Origin: Euryarchaeota archaeon UBA23 | GTDB lineage: Archaea > Thermoplasmatota > Poseidoniia > Poseidoniales > Thalassarchaeaceae | Reading direction: 5' to 3' | Length of the DNA: 62,704 nt | Assembly: GCA_002498725.1 (NCBI GenBank) | Contig: DAIJ01000032.1 | Span: 1-62,704 of the forward strand | Shown here: piece after piece, positions 28,721-39,399 of the stretch | Position numbering within the stretch: position 1 is the stretch's first letter | Layout: every line of letters begins with the position of its first letter | The notes under the pieces: generated by a model | The model's database searches: none | Seen by the model: the letters and a program-made list of their open reading frames with translations, nothing else | What the model was told of the DNA's origin: nothing | Made by a program: the position numbers and the translations under genes

Positions 28721-30739
28721 ATGTTCAAGACAGTTGAGATGGCTCGGTTGAACGTAGCAGGACCAATTGAAAATCTGGACGAAGTTCTACGTATCTGTGC
28801 TAATCTTGAAAATATCCATGTTGTTGATTACAGTGGTGATTATGATGGTATTGGAATTGGCACCCCTAGTGAAGATGCAAATCCAATTTCATCACTTTTG
28901 GTTAAGGCTAGAGCAGCTAAAACCGAACTCAAACCAGTGAATAGAAGTGGTTCCTTCTCAATTTCCTCCATCAAGTCAATACTAAAAGCTGATTTTGAAT
29001 CAAAACTAGATTCAATACTATCTGTTATTGAATCCGATCGAGATTCAGAAGCAGAAATCTCTCGTCTTACTGAAAGAGTTTCAGTTCTACAGACAATTGC
29101 GCCCCTAAATATCCCTCTCGAACTTATGACTGGTATTTCTTCAATAGAAGTATATGTTGGAGAAACTAGCAAGAATAAGGCTGCTAAAGCATCGGTCGAG
29201 TTTTCTGATATGGGAGATAGTATTGAACTACATGTAGTCGGTGGAGTCATAGCAATAGCATGCGAGCCCAAATATGGTGCAGATGTTATGTTAGGATTTG
29301 GAAATTTGGGCGCTAGACCGGTTCAAATTCCTACAGGTGAAGGTCAACCAAGCAAACTCCTTTCCGAAGCTCAAGATCAAATCTCAAAACAATTGAATTC
29401 AATTGAAAATAATCTCAAGGTAAAAGCAGATTGGCTTGCTAGTAATGCTGCAGAGCTTGTTGCCGTTACTGAGTATCTTGAGCGTGAAGAAGACATTTTG
29501 ACAGGACACAAGTTGTGTGCAGTCAGTGAACACGCTTTTGCATTAGATGCCTGGACTCCATTAGTTGACAGCGACAAGGTATCAAATGCATTGAGGAAAG
29601 TCTCATCTCACATCACTATCGAAAAATTCCATGATGATCATCATCATGCACATGGGCACAATGTAGAGTATCCTCCAATTGAATTTGATATGCCTCAAAT
29701 GGCACGTCATGGATCTCTATTAACCGATTTAGTCGGGCGACCTCAATACGGCACTATCGACCCTACTACAATGATGGCAATAACCTTCCCTATATTCTAT
29801 GGATTAATACTTGGAGATGCAGGATATGGTGCGGTCATAATGGCATTAGCATGGTTCTTGGGTACTAAAATAGGTCATGAGCCAATTGGTGCATTAGCAT
29901 CTCGTGTTTTGATGCTCATGGGTGTCTCTACTTTCATAGTTGGAGTTCTTACTGCAGAAGCATTTGGATTTATTATTGAAGATTGGGCTCCTTTCGCTGG
30001 CTTTTATGATTGGACATATGCTAACATCGTATTCCCTGCCTTTGTATCTGATACTATGGGTATGAGTCATACACATATTCCATTCCATAGGGCATCTGGC
30101 GCTTTACAGGATTATGTTCTTCTCTCAGTATACATTGGAGTAATCCATATTCTAATTGGATTTGTTATCGGCTTCATAAATGTGTTCAAGGCTCATGGAA
30201 TAGGTGCAGCATTCTTTGAGAAAGGATCTTGGCTACTCATTCTTCTTGGAGGATTTATGCATGTATATCTGTACATGACTGATGACACATATGGTACATT
30301 CCAAGGTTCAATATGGTCTGCAATCATGGTTACAGGTGTATTATGTCTTATCTATGGATTAGCAATCTATGAGAAATTCGGTTGGGTAGGGGGAGTTATA
30401 ATGGGTCCAATTGAAACATTCGGTCTTCTAGCAAATACCCTTTCATATCTTAGAATTATGGCAGTTGGTGTTGCTGGCGTAAAGATTGCAGAAGTAGGAA
30501 ATGATATGGGATTCGAAACCATGGTTTCTTCAATTGAATCAGGTGATTATCACATTGCAATCGTTGGTTTTATCCTTTGGGTTACGATTCAGGTATTCGC
30601 ACTCGCTCTTGGATTGCTTTCACCAAGCATCCATGCTGCCCGTCTACACTTTGTGGAGTGGATGGGCAAATTCCACGATGGTTCAGGAGAGCCATTCACT
30701 CCCTTTGGGGGTCGCCCTGTCCACACGGAGGGGCATTAA
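28721..30739 (+). CDS. atpI: A-type ATP synthase subunit I (a)
   Basis: P.YG.IDPT, FPIFYGLILGDAGYG, LSYLRIMA, IHAARLHFVEW..KFH. Confidence 0.95.
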   Translation: MFKTVEMARLNVAGPIENLDEVLRICANLENIHVVDYSGDYDGIGIGTPSEDANPISSLLVKARAAKTELKPVNRSGSFSISSIKSILKADFESKLDSILSVIESDRDSEAEISRLTERVSVLQTIAPLNIPLELMTGISSIEVYVGETSKNKAAKASVEFSDMGDSIELHVVGGVIAIACEPKYGADVMLGFGNLGARPVQIPTGEGQPSKLLSEAQDQISKQLNSIENNLKVKADWLASNAAELVAVTEYLEREEDILTGHKLCAVSEHAFALDAWTPLVDSDKVSNALRKVSSHITIEKFHDDHHHAHGHNVEYPPIEFDMPQMARHGSLLTDLVGRPQYGTIDPTTMMAITFPIFYGLILGDAGYGAVIMALAWFLGTKIGHEPIGALASRVLMLMGVSTFIVGVLTAEAFGFIIEDWAPFAGFYDWTYANIVFPAFVSDTMGMSHTHIPFHRASGALQDYVLLSVYIGVIHILIGFVIGFINVFKAHGIGAAFFEKGSWLLILLGGFMHVYLYMTDDTYGTFQGSIWSAIMVTGVLCLIYGLAIYEKFGWVGGVIMGPIETFGLLANTLSYLRIMAVGVAGVKIAEVGNDMGFETMVSSIESGDYHIAIVGFILWVTIQVFALALGLLSPSIHAARLHFVEWMGKFHDGSGEPFTPFGGRPVHTEGH

Positions 30740-30775
30740 CTAGTCCACTAGGACAAATAATGGAGGTAAAAAGAA

Positions 30776-31078
30776 ATGAACAGAAAGAAAGTATTCGGAC
30801 TACGCATTCTGATGGCAGTTAGCGCAATAGTGTTAATCGCACAGAGTGTTTTGGCGGCTGAGGGCGATGTTACAACAACATCCTCACAGTATGACAGAGT
30901 TGGAGCAGGTATCGCTCTAGGTCTTGCGGGACTTGGTGCAGGTATCTCTCAGAGCGGAGTAGGCAGCGCAGCTGTCGGTATGCTTGCTGAGGATCCAGGT
31001 CGTTTCGGACACGCTATCATCTTCACTGCTCTACCAGAGTCAATCGTGATTCTAGGTGCTCTTCCACTGTTTATATGA
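30776..31078 (+). CDS. atpK: A-type ATP synthase subunit K (c, proteolipid) with N-terminal leader
   Basis: GAGIALGLAGLGAGISQ..VGSAAVG..AEDP..FG, ALPESIVILG. Confidence 0.95.
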   Translation: MNRKKVFGLRILMAVSAIVLIAQSVLAAEGDVTTTSSQYDRVGAGIALGLAGLGAGISQSGVGSAAVGMLAEDPGRFGHAIIFTALPESIVILGALPLFI

Positions 31079-31126
31079 ACAGTTGGGGGATCTTGGTGGA
31101 AACCAAGAGACACCAGAGGTGAAAGA

Positions 31127-31690
31127 ATGACTCTAGAAAAATTAGCAAAGGATATCGCTGCATCTGCAGAGGCGGAAGCCAAGGCCACTTTAAAGAACGC
31201 CAAGGCCGAAGCAAAGAGCATCTTAGCTGAAGCTGAAAGTAGGGCGGAATCCATCCGCAATGAAGCTGCAAGTAAGGCAAATAAGGAAGCGGGCCAGATA
31301 GCCCGAGAAACTGTTGCTTCTGCTCGTCAGGCTAATCAAAAAGACGTTCTTATAGCTCGTCGTCATGAATTGGATGCGACTCTAGCAGCTGCTCGCGAAA
31401 AATTATCTGACAAATCTCTGAAAGGTCGTTCAGATCTATTAGATTCTCTACTGTCAAAGGCATCAGATATGTCTGAAGGAAATATGATCCTTCGTCCAAC
31501 AAATATCGATAGATCCAAATTAGAGAAATCCGCTAAGGGATTCTCAATTGGTGATAATGTTGAAGGCATTGGCGGTTTTATGTTGGAATCGAAAGATGGA
31601 ACCATATCTTATGATATGCGTTTTGATACGTTACTTGATCAGGTTTGGACTGAAAAACAATCAGCAATAAATACAGCATTATTTGGATGA
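31127..31690 (+). CDS. atpE: A-type ATP synthase subunit E
   Basis: N-terminal coiled coil, IGGF.LES.DG.I.YD.RFD. Confidence 0.92.
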   Translation: MTLEKLAKDIAASAEAEAKATLKNAKAEAKSILAEAESRAESIRNEAASKANKEAGQIARETVASARQANQKDVLIARRHELDATLAAAREKLSDKSLKGRSDLLDSLLSKASDMSEGNMILRPTNIDRSKLEKSAKGFSIGDNVEGIGGFMLESKDGTISYDMRFDTLLDQVWTEKQSAINTALFG

Positions 31691-31704
31691 ATAGGAGAGA
31701 TTAC

Positions 31705-32745
31705 ATGGCATTAATCGGAAATAATACTGGCTATGTGGCTGCTCGGGCTAAGTCTCGTAAGTCATCATTGCTTGACCGCACTCGTTTGAGGCAACTAATT
31801 CAACAGTCGCCTGAACAGTTGCCCGTTTCAATTGGAGATAACGGGTATCGTGCTGAGATTGACCTTTATGCAGGTCGATATACGGGTGCAGATCTTGTCG
31901 AGGCCGCATTAACTCACAATTTACAATCAGAATTGGCATCAATTCTGAAATTGTGTAGTGGGTCAGTAAGAGACCTGGTTGAGGTATATACTGGCAGATT
32001 CCGATATCATAATGCAAAGGTTGTACTCAGAGCTGTGGTTAACGATGTTGAAATTGATAAAGTACGACATTCAATTCTTCCAGAAGAATCTGAAATTAAT
32101 GCTCCTTGGTTGAAGATGATTGAGGAATCATCTACCATTCGTGATGCTGCAGAACAAATGCGAAGACTTCCTTTTGGTAAGGATCTACTATCTTTATCAT
32201 CTGATGCTAAATTAGTAGACTATGAGAATGCTCTAGATCGCCATTATTTCAAGAATTCATTACGCGTTCTAAGTAGTGGGTCTCCTGAAGTGAGAATGTT
32301 GAGAGAATCTATTCAGATGGAAATAGATCACAGAAACATTACCAATATTCTCGAGGGCCAAGCCTTTGGTTTATCTCCTAGTGAGATATCTGATGCACTT
32401 ATTCAGGGTGGTCGTATTGTTTCTGAAAGGTCATTTACACAGGCATCAAGTAGTAGGTCTGGATTAATGGACGTTCTTCGTCAGTCTAATCGTTTTGATT
32501 CAGAAACTTTCAGTCAAGTGTTACAAGATTCAGATAATTCTCGCACATTAGATCCAGTCATAACTTGGCTGCGAACACGCGAACATGATATGATGAAGAG
32601 AATGAGTTATTTACACCCAATATCTGCTTTACCAGTTATTCATTATGTTGCTTCAAAGGTAGAGGAAGTCGATGACCTCCGTTTAATTGTACGCGGCCGC
32701 ATGGCCGGGCTTCCAACTGAAGTAATTGAGGCACATGTCTTGTAA
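31705..32745 (+). CDS. atpC: A-type ATP synthase subunit C
   Basis: YVAARAK..KS.LL, EID..NI, P.SALPV..Y...K..EV..LR.I.RG. Confidence 0.92.
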   Translation: MALIGNNTGYVAARAKSRKSSLLDRTRLRQLIQQSPEQLPVSIGDNGYRAEIDLYAGRYTGADLVEAALTHNLQSELASILKLCSGSVRDLVEVYTGRFRYHNAKVVLRAVVNDVEIDKVRHSILPEESEINAPWLKMIEESSTIRDAAEQMRRLPFGKDLLSLSSDAKLVDYENALDRHYFKNSLRVLSSGSPEVRMLRESIQMEIDHRNITNILEGQAFGLSPSEISDALIQGGRIVSERSFTQASSSRSGLMDVLRQSNRFDSETFSQVLQDSDNSRTLDPVITWLRTREHDMMKRMSYLHPISALPVIHYVASKVEEVDDLRLIVRGRMAGLPTEVIEAHVL

Positions 32746-32759
32746 GGAGAATTGAAAAT

Positions 32760-33059
32760 ATGGATATAGCAGTAGTCGGATCTCCTGAATTCACACTTGG
32801 TTTCCAGCTTGCTGGCATCTCAAGTATTTACAATCCTGAGGATGAAGAGCGACTTCACTCTGTTCTCAGAGAACTACTCAACACAAAGGGTGTGGGAATC
32901 GTTGTTATCGACTCCACGGTTCTGTCCACCCTACCAGAACGTCTCTCGATGAGACTTTCTGAAAGTGTATCCCCTACTGTTCTAGGAATTGGAACTGAAG
33001 AGGATACGACGCTGCGCGAAACAATTCGTAAAGCCATAGGGGTCGATTTATGGAAGTAA
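32760..33059 (+). CDS. atpF: A-type ATP synthase subunit F
   Basis: IAVVGSPEFTLGFQLAGI ... IRKAIGVDLWK. Confidence 0.95.
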   Translation: MDIAVVGSPEFTLGFQLAGISSIYNPEDEERLHSVLRELLNTKGVGIVVIDSTVLSTLPERLSMRLSESVSPTVLGIGTEEDTTLRETIRKAIGVDLWK

Positions 33060-33083
33060 TTTCGAAAATAGGAGGAAGAGGAA

Positions 33084-34823
33084 ATGAGCAATGAAGGAGT
33101 AATTTACCGTATTTCAGGACCAGTTGTTACGGCTACTGGAATGGAAGCGGGTATGTATGATGTGGTTCGTGTAGGACATGAAGGTCTCATGGGAGAGGTC
33201 ATTGAATTACACGGCGATAAGGCTGTAATTCAGGTGTATGAAGATACTAGCGGTATTCGTCCCGGCGAACCCGTTCTGAATACACGTGAGACGCTATCTG
33301 TCGCACTTGGGCCAGGACTTTTAACCCAGATTTATGATGGTATCCAGCGTCCGCTGGCTACTCTTGAGGAGGTCATGGGTGTTTTCATTACTAGAGGTGT
33401 TGATGCTGATGGTTTTGATATGGGAAAGAAGTGGACATTCGAACCTACGGTTTCGAAGGGTGACGAAGTTGTCAGTGGACAAGTTATTGGCACGGTTCAA
33501 GAAACCGAAACAATCGTTCACAAGATAATGGTTCCACCAGGTAAAGGTGGAGTTGTTAAGTCAATTTCTTCAGGAGAATATAATGTTACAGAAGATGTAT
33601 GTACACTTGAAGATGGTACTACTATGCAGATGATGCAGAAGTGGCCTGTACGTACTCCTCGTCCATATCAACAGAAGTATGCTCCAGATACTCCATTGGT
33701 TACCGGTATGCGCATCCTCGACTTCCTCTTCCCTCTTGCCAAGGGTGGTGCAGCCGGTATTCCAGGTCCCTTCGGATCAGGTAAGACAGTAACACAACAG
33801 TCTCTTGCGAAGTACTCCGATGCACAGATTGTTGTATACATTGGATGCGGTGAACGTGGAAATGAAATGACAGAAGTTTTGGATGAATTCCCTCATCTAA
33901 TTGATCCAAACACAGGTAAACCACTGATGAATAGAACAGTCATGATTGCAAATACCTCCAATATGCCTGTGGCTGCTCGTGAAGCATCAGTATATACTGG
34001 AATTACAATTGCAGAATATTTCCGAGATATGGGATATGATGTCGCTCTAATGGCAGACTCTACAAGCCGTTGGGCTGAAGCAATGCGTGAGATTTCTTCT
34101 CGTTTGGAAGAAATGCCTGGTGAGGAGGGTTATCCTGCTTATCTATCAAGTCGTATTGCTGAATTCTACGAGCGTGCTGGTCGAGTTCAAACTTTGAATG
34201 GCGATGACGGTTCTGTAACTGTTATTGGCGCGGTATCTCCACCGGGTGGAGATATTTCCGAACCAGTCTCTCAGGGAACACTTCGAATTGTGAAGGTTTT
34301 CTGGGGTCTTGATGCGGGTTTAGCACGCCAAAGGCATTTCCCAGCCATCAATTGGTTGGGTTCCTACAGTTTGTACCCACCATCACTTGATCAATGGTTT
34401 AGAGATAATGTTGCACAGGACTATCCTGAGATTAGAACTGCGATTAGTGGTTTACTTCAGGTAGAAGCTGAATTACAGGAGATTGTACAACTAGTAGGTT
34501 CAGATGCTCTACCTGTTGACCAGCAGTTAACCCTGGAAGTAGCACGAATGATAAGAGAATACTTCCTTCAGCAGAATGGTTTCCATGAAGTTGATGCATT
34601 CTGTGCAGTAGATCTACACTATAAGATGGCTAAAGCAATCTTAACATTCCAAGAGTCGGCTAAGAATGCAATGGCTGCAGGAGCAGATCTACAAGATGTA
34701 GTGAATGTTCCATCAAGAACAGACTTGATGCGAGGTCGTTTTGAAGCTACTTACAAAGACGAGATCGATGGATTGGTAGAGAAGATGAATGAAGAAATCG
34801 CGGCTGCGATTGAGGAGAACTGA
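33084..34823 (+). CDS. atpA: A-type ATP synthase subunit A
   Basis: [42 protein letters not shown]; no intein. Confidence 0.98.
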   Translation: MSNEGVIYRISGPVVTATGMEAGMYDVVRVGHEGLMGEVIELHGDKAVIQVYEDTSGIRPGEPVLNTRETLSVALGPGLLTQIYDGIQRPLATLEEVMGVFITRGVDADGFDMGKKWTFEPTVSKGDEVVSGQVIGTVQETETIVHKIMVPPGKGGVVKSISSGEYNVTEDVCTLEDGTTMQMMQKWPVRTPRPYQQKYAPDTPLVTGMRILDFLFPLAKGGAAGIPGPFGSGKTVTQQSLAKYSDAQIVVYIGCGERGNEMTEVLDEFPHLIDPNTGKPLMNRTVMIANTSNMPVAAREASVYTGITIAEYFRDMGYDVALMADSTSRWAEAMREISSRLEEMPGEEGYPAYLSSRIAEFYERAGRVQTLNGDDGSVTVIGAVSPPGGDISEPVSQGTLRIVKVFWGLDAGLARQRHFPAINWLGSYSLYPPSLDQWFRDNVAQDYPEIRTAISGLLQVEAELQEIVQLVGSDALPVDQQLTLEVARMIREYFLQQNGFHEVDAFCAVDLHYKMAKAILTFQESAKNAMAAGADLQDVVNVPSRTDLMRGRFEATYKDEIDGLVEKMNEEIAAAIEEN

Positions 34824-34836
34824 AGGTGGAATAGAA

Positions 34837-36216
34837 ATGTCTGGAAAGGAATATCGAACTATTACTGATGTCAAGGGGCCTTTGGTCTTCTTGAATAAAA
34901 CTGAACCTGTAGCATTTGGAGAGATTGTTCAATTGCGTTTAGAGGATGGGACTATCAAAAATGGACAAGTTTTGGATACATCTGAAGAACTTGTTGTTGT
35001 TCAGGTGTTTGAAGGTACTGCTAAAGTAAATCTCAGTACTGGAGTTAAATTCATGGGAGATGTATTCAAACTACCAGTTTCTGATGATCTAATTGGACGT
35101 ATCTTAGATGGTGCAGGCCGCCCTAGAGATGGTGGTCCTGATATCGTTGCTGATGAGAAGGCAGATATTATTGGTGCAGCAATAAATCCCTATTCTCGTC
35201 AATCACCTCATGATTTCATACAGACTGGAGTTAGTGCAATAGATTGTTGTACAACTCTTGTAAGGGGTCAGAAATTACCTATCTTTAGTGCATCAGGTCT
35301 ACCACATAATGACATTGCCCTACAGATCGCACGTCAAGCAAAGTTGAAGGACTCTGATGAAGAATTTATTGTTGTTTTCTGTGCCATGGGTATCACCGCA
35401 GAAGAGTTTAATTTCTTCCGAAGTGATTTGGAAAGAACAGGTGCTTTGGAGAATGCAGTTTTGTTTGTTAATCTAGCAGACGATCCTGCAGTCGAGAGAA
35501 TTATTACTCCACGTTTGGCTTTGACTGCTGCCGAGTATCTTGCATTTGAGAAAGACTACCACGTTCTGGTAATTTACACTGATATGACAAACTATTGTGA
35601 TGCATTGAGACAGATCGGTGCTGCTCGTGAAGAAGTGCCTGGTCGCCGTGGATATCCCGGATACATGTATACTGATTTAGCAATGCTGTATGAGAGAGCA
35701 GGTATTGTAAAGGGGAAGAAAGGAAGTATTACACAATTCCCAATTCTTACAATGCCTGGTGATGACATAACACATCCGATACCAGATCTTTCAGGATATA
35801 TTACAGAGGGTCAGATCGTTATCTCAAGAGAATTACATCAACAGGGTATTTATCCTCCAATTAATGTTCTTCCATCTCTTAGTAGATTGATGGGCTCTTG
35901 TATTGGTGCTGAAACTACTCGTGAGGATCATAAGTCAGTTTCTGACCAGATGTATGCTGCCTACGCCCAAGGCCGAGAATTAAGAGGTCTCGTTGCAATT
36001 GTCGGAGAGGATGCATTGAATGAGAGAGATAAGCAATTACTAGATTTCTCTGCTGTATTCGAGGATAAGTTCCTTCGACAAAGTCGTGACGAAGATCGTT
36101 CTATAGACGAGACTCTTGATCTATGTTGGAATCTAATGTCTGAGATCGACACTAAGTATCTAGTTCGTCTTGATCAGAAATGGATTGAGAAGTATCATCC
36201 AGATAATTCTGAGTGA
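34837..36216 (+). CDS. atpB: A-type ATP synthase subunit B
   Basis: [52 protein letters not shown]. Confidence 0.98.
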   Translation: MSGKEYRTITDVKGPLVFLNKTEPVAFGEIVQLRLEDGTIKNGQVLDTSEELVVVQVFEGTAKVNLSTGVKFMGDVFKLPVSDDLIGRILDGAGRPRDGGPDIVADEKADIIGAAINPYSRQSPHDFIQTGVSAIDCCTTLVRGQKLPIFSASGLPHNDIALQIARQAKLKDSDEEFIVVFCAMGITAEEFNFFRSDLERTGALENAVLFVNLADDPAVERIITPRLALTAAEYLAFEKDYHVLVIYTDMTNYCDALRQIGAAREEVPGRRGYPGYMYTDLAMLYERAGIVKGKKGSITQFPILTMPGDDITHPIPDLSGYITEGQIVISRELHQQGIYPPINVLPSLSRLMGSCIGAETTREDHKSVSDQMYAAYAQGRELRGLVAIVGEDALNERDKQLLDFSAVFEDKFLRQSRDEDRSIDETLDLCWNLMSEIDTKYLVRLDQKWIEKYHPDNSE

Positions 36217-36250
36217 TGATCAACTTATTTTTTGTAGGAGGTGAAAAAAC

Positions 36251-36868
36251 ATGGCTTTGGATATTAAACCAACAAGAAGCGAGTTAATTAACCTCAAACG
36301 CAGAATTAAACAAACTAAAAATGGTTACAAATTGTTGAAAATGAAGCGCGACGGTCTTTTCCATGAGTTTCGTACTCTTTTGGGAGAAATGATTGAGGCA
36401 AAAAGAGATCTAACTGATGCCTATGTCCTAGCTAAGGCTAGGATTGATTTAGCGAATGCAATTGAAGGAGGTCTAAAGGTCAGGTCGGCTGCAATTGCTA
36501 ATTCCGCAACTCCAGAGGTAGAAGTGGAAAGAAGGAATATCATGGGAGTAGTAGTTCCTTCGGTTTCAGGTACCAACTTAAAACAGGCTTTTGGAGATAG
36601 ACAAATCGGATTTACAGGCTCATCTCCATATATTGATGAAGCGGCTGAATCTTTTGGTGATCTCATTGAGAAAATCGTAAAGGCTTCTGAAATGGAGGCA
36701 ACACTCAAACGCCTTTTGGCAGAAATAGAATCAACTAAACGCCGTGTAAATGCTTTGGAATTCAAGGTTATACCAGAATTAGAGGAAGCTCAAGTCTTCA
36801 TCCAACTTAGATTGGAAGAGATGGAACGTGAGGAAACATTCCGTCTTAAGAGATTCAAAAATAAATAA
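36251..36868 (+). CDS. atpD: A-type ATP synthase subunit D
   Basis: PTRSEL..LK, GYKLLKMKRD, NIMGV.VP, TKRRVNALE..VIP, LEEMERE..FRLK. Confidence 0.96.
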   Translation: MALDIKPTRSELINLKRRIKQTKNGYKLLKMKRDGLFHEFRTLLGEMIEAKRDLTDAYVLAKARIDLANAIEGGLKVRSAAIANSATPEVEVERRNIMGVVVPSVSGTNLKQAFGDRQIGFTGSSPYIDEAAESFGDLIEKIVKASEMEATLKRLLAEIESTKRRVNALEFKVIPELEEAQVFIQLRLEEMEREETFRLKRFKNK

Positions 36869-36885
36869 TATTCGCTGTATTTTGT

Positions 36886-36951
36886 AATCCTGCGTTTACG
36901 CGGATTGATAGGTGAGGGGCCGAGTTCGCAACCACCAAAGGTGGTTGTCGA
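36886..36951. promoter_or_regulatory. Two inverted repeats between atpD and the S2P-like gene
   Basis: aatcctgcgt-tt-acgcggatt (imperfect) and perfect caaccacc-aaa-ggtggttg (36929-36947) ending 7 nt before the next ATG. Confidence 0.45.
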
Positions 36952-36954
36952 GGC

Positions 36955-39390
36955 ATGTCTGATGTTGAAAGACTAGTGATTGACCAGCATGCTTGGAGTC
37001 AAAATGAATTGATTCAGCACATTATTTCCAGATATTTCATACTTGGGAATCAAGTATCAGATGGAGTTGCTTGGGAAGTCAAATCCATTGGCCAGTTAGA
37101 TGAGAGCAATTCGTTAATTGAATTGAATTCTCATCTTTTCGAAATAGGATGGATGGCTATGTTAGAATCGGGGAACCCAATTATCTTGAGTATAGCTCCT
37201 TCTCCAGTTTCTGAACCACTTATTCCAAAATGGCAGAATGTTATGATATGGGTGGTAATGACTTCATTTCTTACATTAGCAGGTAGTGCTTGGCTCTTAA
37301 GATTTAGAGAAAGTGGAGACTTATTTGATTCTGAGATTTTGTTTCAGTCCCTTTCCCAGTTCTCACTTCCAATTATTTTTGTTTTAATTTTAGTAAGTGA
37401 TTTAAGGAAAAGAGCAGCATCTTCTTTTGGGATAGATGTGGGGCATCTTGTGCCTATTTCTTTTCCATTTATTAATCCAATATGGCCATTTGGAATTGTT
37501 GGTTTACTTAGCCAAAGACGTTCTGAATTGATTACTTATCCAGATCGTAGAACTATGGCGCTGGTAGAAATAATAACTCCGTTAATTCTTTTCATGAGTG
37601 GCACATTTTTGACATTACTCGGTTTGAGTTTAACTTCATCCAATCCTCCATTAATATCAGAGTCTCCTATTACTTTCAATAATAATCCACTAATAACAAT
37701 ATTATCTTTAGAATGGTTGAATGAGGGTTTGTGGATTAAATTACAGTGGCTGCACCTATCTGCATTAGCGGGGATCAGTCTATCAATCCTCTCCTGGATT
37801 CTAATTCTGCCAATTCCAGGTTTTCCCGGAGATCGTCTTCTTCACGCACTTCTTGGTCCGGAGAAAATGACCAATCCTAATCAACAAACTCCGTTATTTG
37901 TTTTTACACTTGTAGCGATGGTTTTAGTCTTTGTAAATACTCAATATTCTCCTTGGCTTGCTTTAGCTATAATTGCGGCTTTAAGAAGATTCAGTCCAGA
38001 GAATTCTCCTCCTCCTCTAATTTTGGATGAGGCAAAAGGAATTTCCGATGAAGACCGCTTAAGGTTTGGAGCTATATTTGTACTAATTCTTTTGGCCGGT
38101 TTTCCTGGTTTGACTCCAACATATCAAATCCAAAACTGGGATGCAGGTATTGATACAAGTAACTGGGTTGATGAAATAGATATGGGGGCTCTCCATAATC
38201 AACAAGGGAGTACAATTAATGTAAGCTTAGAATTAAAATCTGAGGGAGTAGTTCCAGTTTCAGGATGGTTACAGTTTAGGCTTGAAGGCCAATCAACAGG
38301 TTGGCTTATTGAATCAGATTGTTTTGTTGCTTCAAGTACTTGTCGTTTTGACGATATTACTCAATCTTCAACTATGTTTGTCAATCTAAGTATTGTTAGG
38401 GATGAGGCTACTAATTTGTCTTCTTCTCCTATGATTTTAAGAGTTCTAATTGATGAAGGAACCCTTCGTAATGAGCATGAGATACTTCTGAAAACAACAT
38501 CTGTAACTGCACCAATAGATCCAATGTGGATACTGGTTGAAGATTCCCAAAATCCTAGAATTTGCATTAGTATAGACGTAAAAGAGGAGGATTTTGGTGA
38601 GTTAATAATTTCAAACCCATTTTGGAGGTTTGAAAATGAAACAAATTTATCTACATCAGGATTACATGATGTTTGTCTTCGTGGTCATGAAGGAGCTCTC
38701 CAATCGTCTTCGTCTTCAGATAATCAATTCTTTCTAATGGGTCCGGCTTTAGTTTTTGAAAGAAATAATTCAACTCAAGATATTTGGTGGTTGCCCGTTA
38801 ACAATACTCGGCCAGAAATTACATTCTCTCCAGAGGGTTGGTTTTTGCCTAATTGGTTTGCATCATCAACATCATATGACTTGACATACGGAGTTAATGG
38901 TAGTCCATTCTGCTCATCAAGTGAAATATTTCCTGAAATGGATGATTCAACACCGTGGAATTGGACTTTTGGGGATCAGTCAACGATCAAGATAACTTCT
39001 AATTCTGTTGAAGGCATACTATTCTTCCCTTCGGAAGGATGGATGTCAGTTTGTCAAGAGTCCGAGATGATTGGTGCTTACGAACTTATACAGGGGCCTG
39101 ATGTTATGATATATCCTGGGCATATTGGTATGCAAAATCTTCTCTCTCAATTTGTTATAATTAATAGAGGTAATGAGACTTTACCAATTGGTGTTGAGTG
39201 GACAGGCGACTCTCCAAACGCTGAGGTTTGGAATGTTTCTATACCGACTCAGGTGAGTTCAAAATCTGATGTTTTAGTAGAGGTTTTGACAGTTGGCGAC
39301 AACCCTCTTTATCGAACAGTATGGGTCAGTATTGCAGAAAATCAGGTTACAGTAAATCTAGCAGCCAGATGTCCTGTTAATGGATGCTGA
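36955..39390 (+). CDS. Site-2 protease (M50)-like membrane protein lacking the Zn-binding motifs, with large C-terminal soluble domain
   Basis: M50-like order FSLP...(HExxH position reads SDLRK)...FG..G...PDRR...P...H..A.AG...LPIPGFPGD; about 430-aa C-terminal region with several Cys. Confidence 0.7.
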   Translation: MSDVERLVIDQHAWSQNELIQHIISRYFILGNQVSDGVAWEVKSIGQLDESNSLIELNSHLFEIGWMAMLESGNPIILSIAPSPVSEPLIPKWQNVMIWVVMTSFLTLAGSAWLLRFRESGDLFDSEILFQSLSQFSLPIIFVLILVSDLRKRAASSFGIDVGHLVPISFPFINPIWPFGIVGLLSQRRSELITYPDRRTMALVEIITPLILFMSGTFLTLLGLSLTSSNPPLISESPITFNNNPLITILSLEWLNEGLWIKLQWLHLSALAGISLSILSWILILPIPGFPGDRLLHALLGPEKMTNPNQQTPLFVFTLVAMVLVFVNTQYSPWLALAIIAALRRFSPENSPPPLILDEAKGISDEDRLRFGAIFVLILLAGFPGLTPTYQIQNWDAGIDTSNWVDEIDMGALHNQQGSTINVSLELKSEGVVPVSGWLQFRLEGQSTGWLIESDCFVASSTCRFDDITQSSTMFVNLSIVRDEATNLSSSPMILRVLIDEGTLRNEHEILLKTTSVTAPIDPMWILVEDSQNPRICISIDVKEEDFGELIISNPFWRFENETNLSTSGLHDVCLRGHEGALQSSSSSDNQFFLMGPALVFERNNSTQDIWWLPVNNTRPEITFSPEGWFLPNWFASSTSYDLTYGVNGSPFCSSSEIFPEMDDSTPWNWTFGDQSTIKITSNSVEGILFFPSEGWMSVCQESEMIGAYELIQGPDVMIYPGHIGMQNLLSQFVIINRGNETLPIGVEWTGDSPNAEVWNVSIPTQVSSKSDVLVEVLTVGDNPLYRTVWVSIAENQVTVNLAARCPVNGC

Positions 39391-39399
39391 GGTGTAATA

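Noticed and set aside
33084-34823. Intein in ATP synthase subunit A (also checked Cdc6)
   Set aside because: Lengths and motif spacing are canonical, with no insertion
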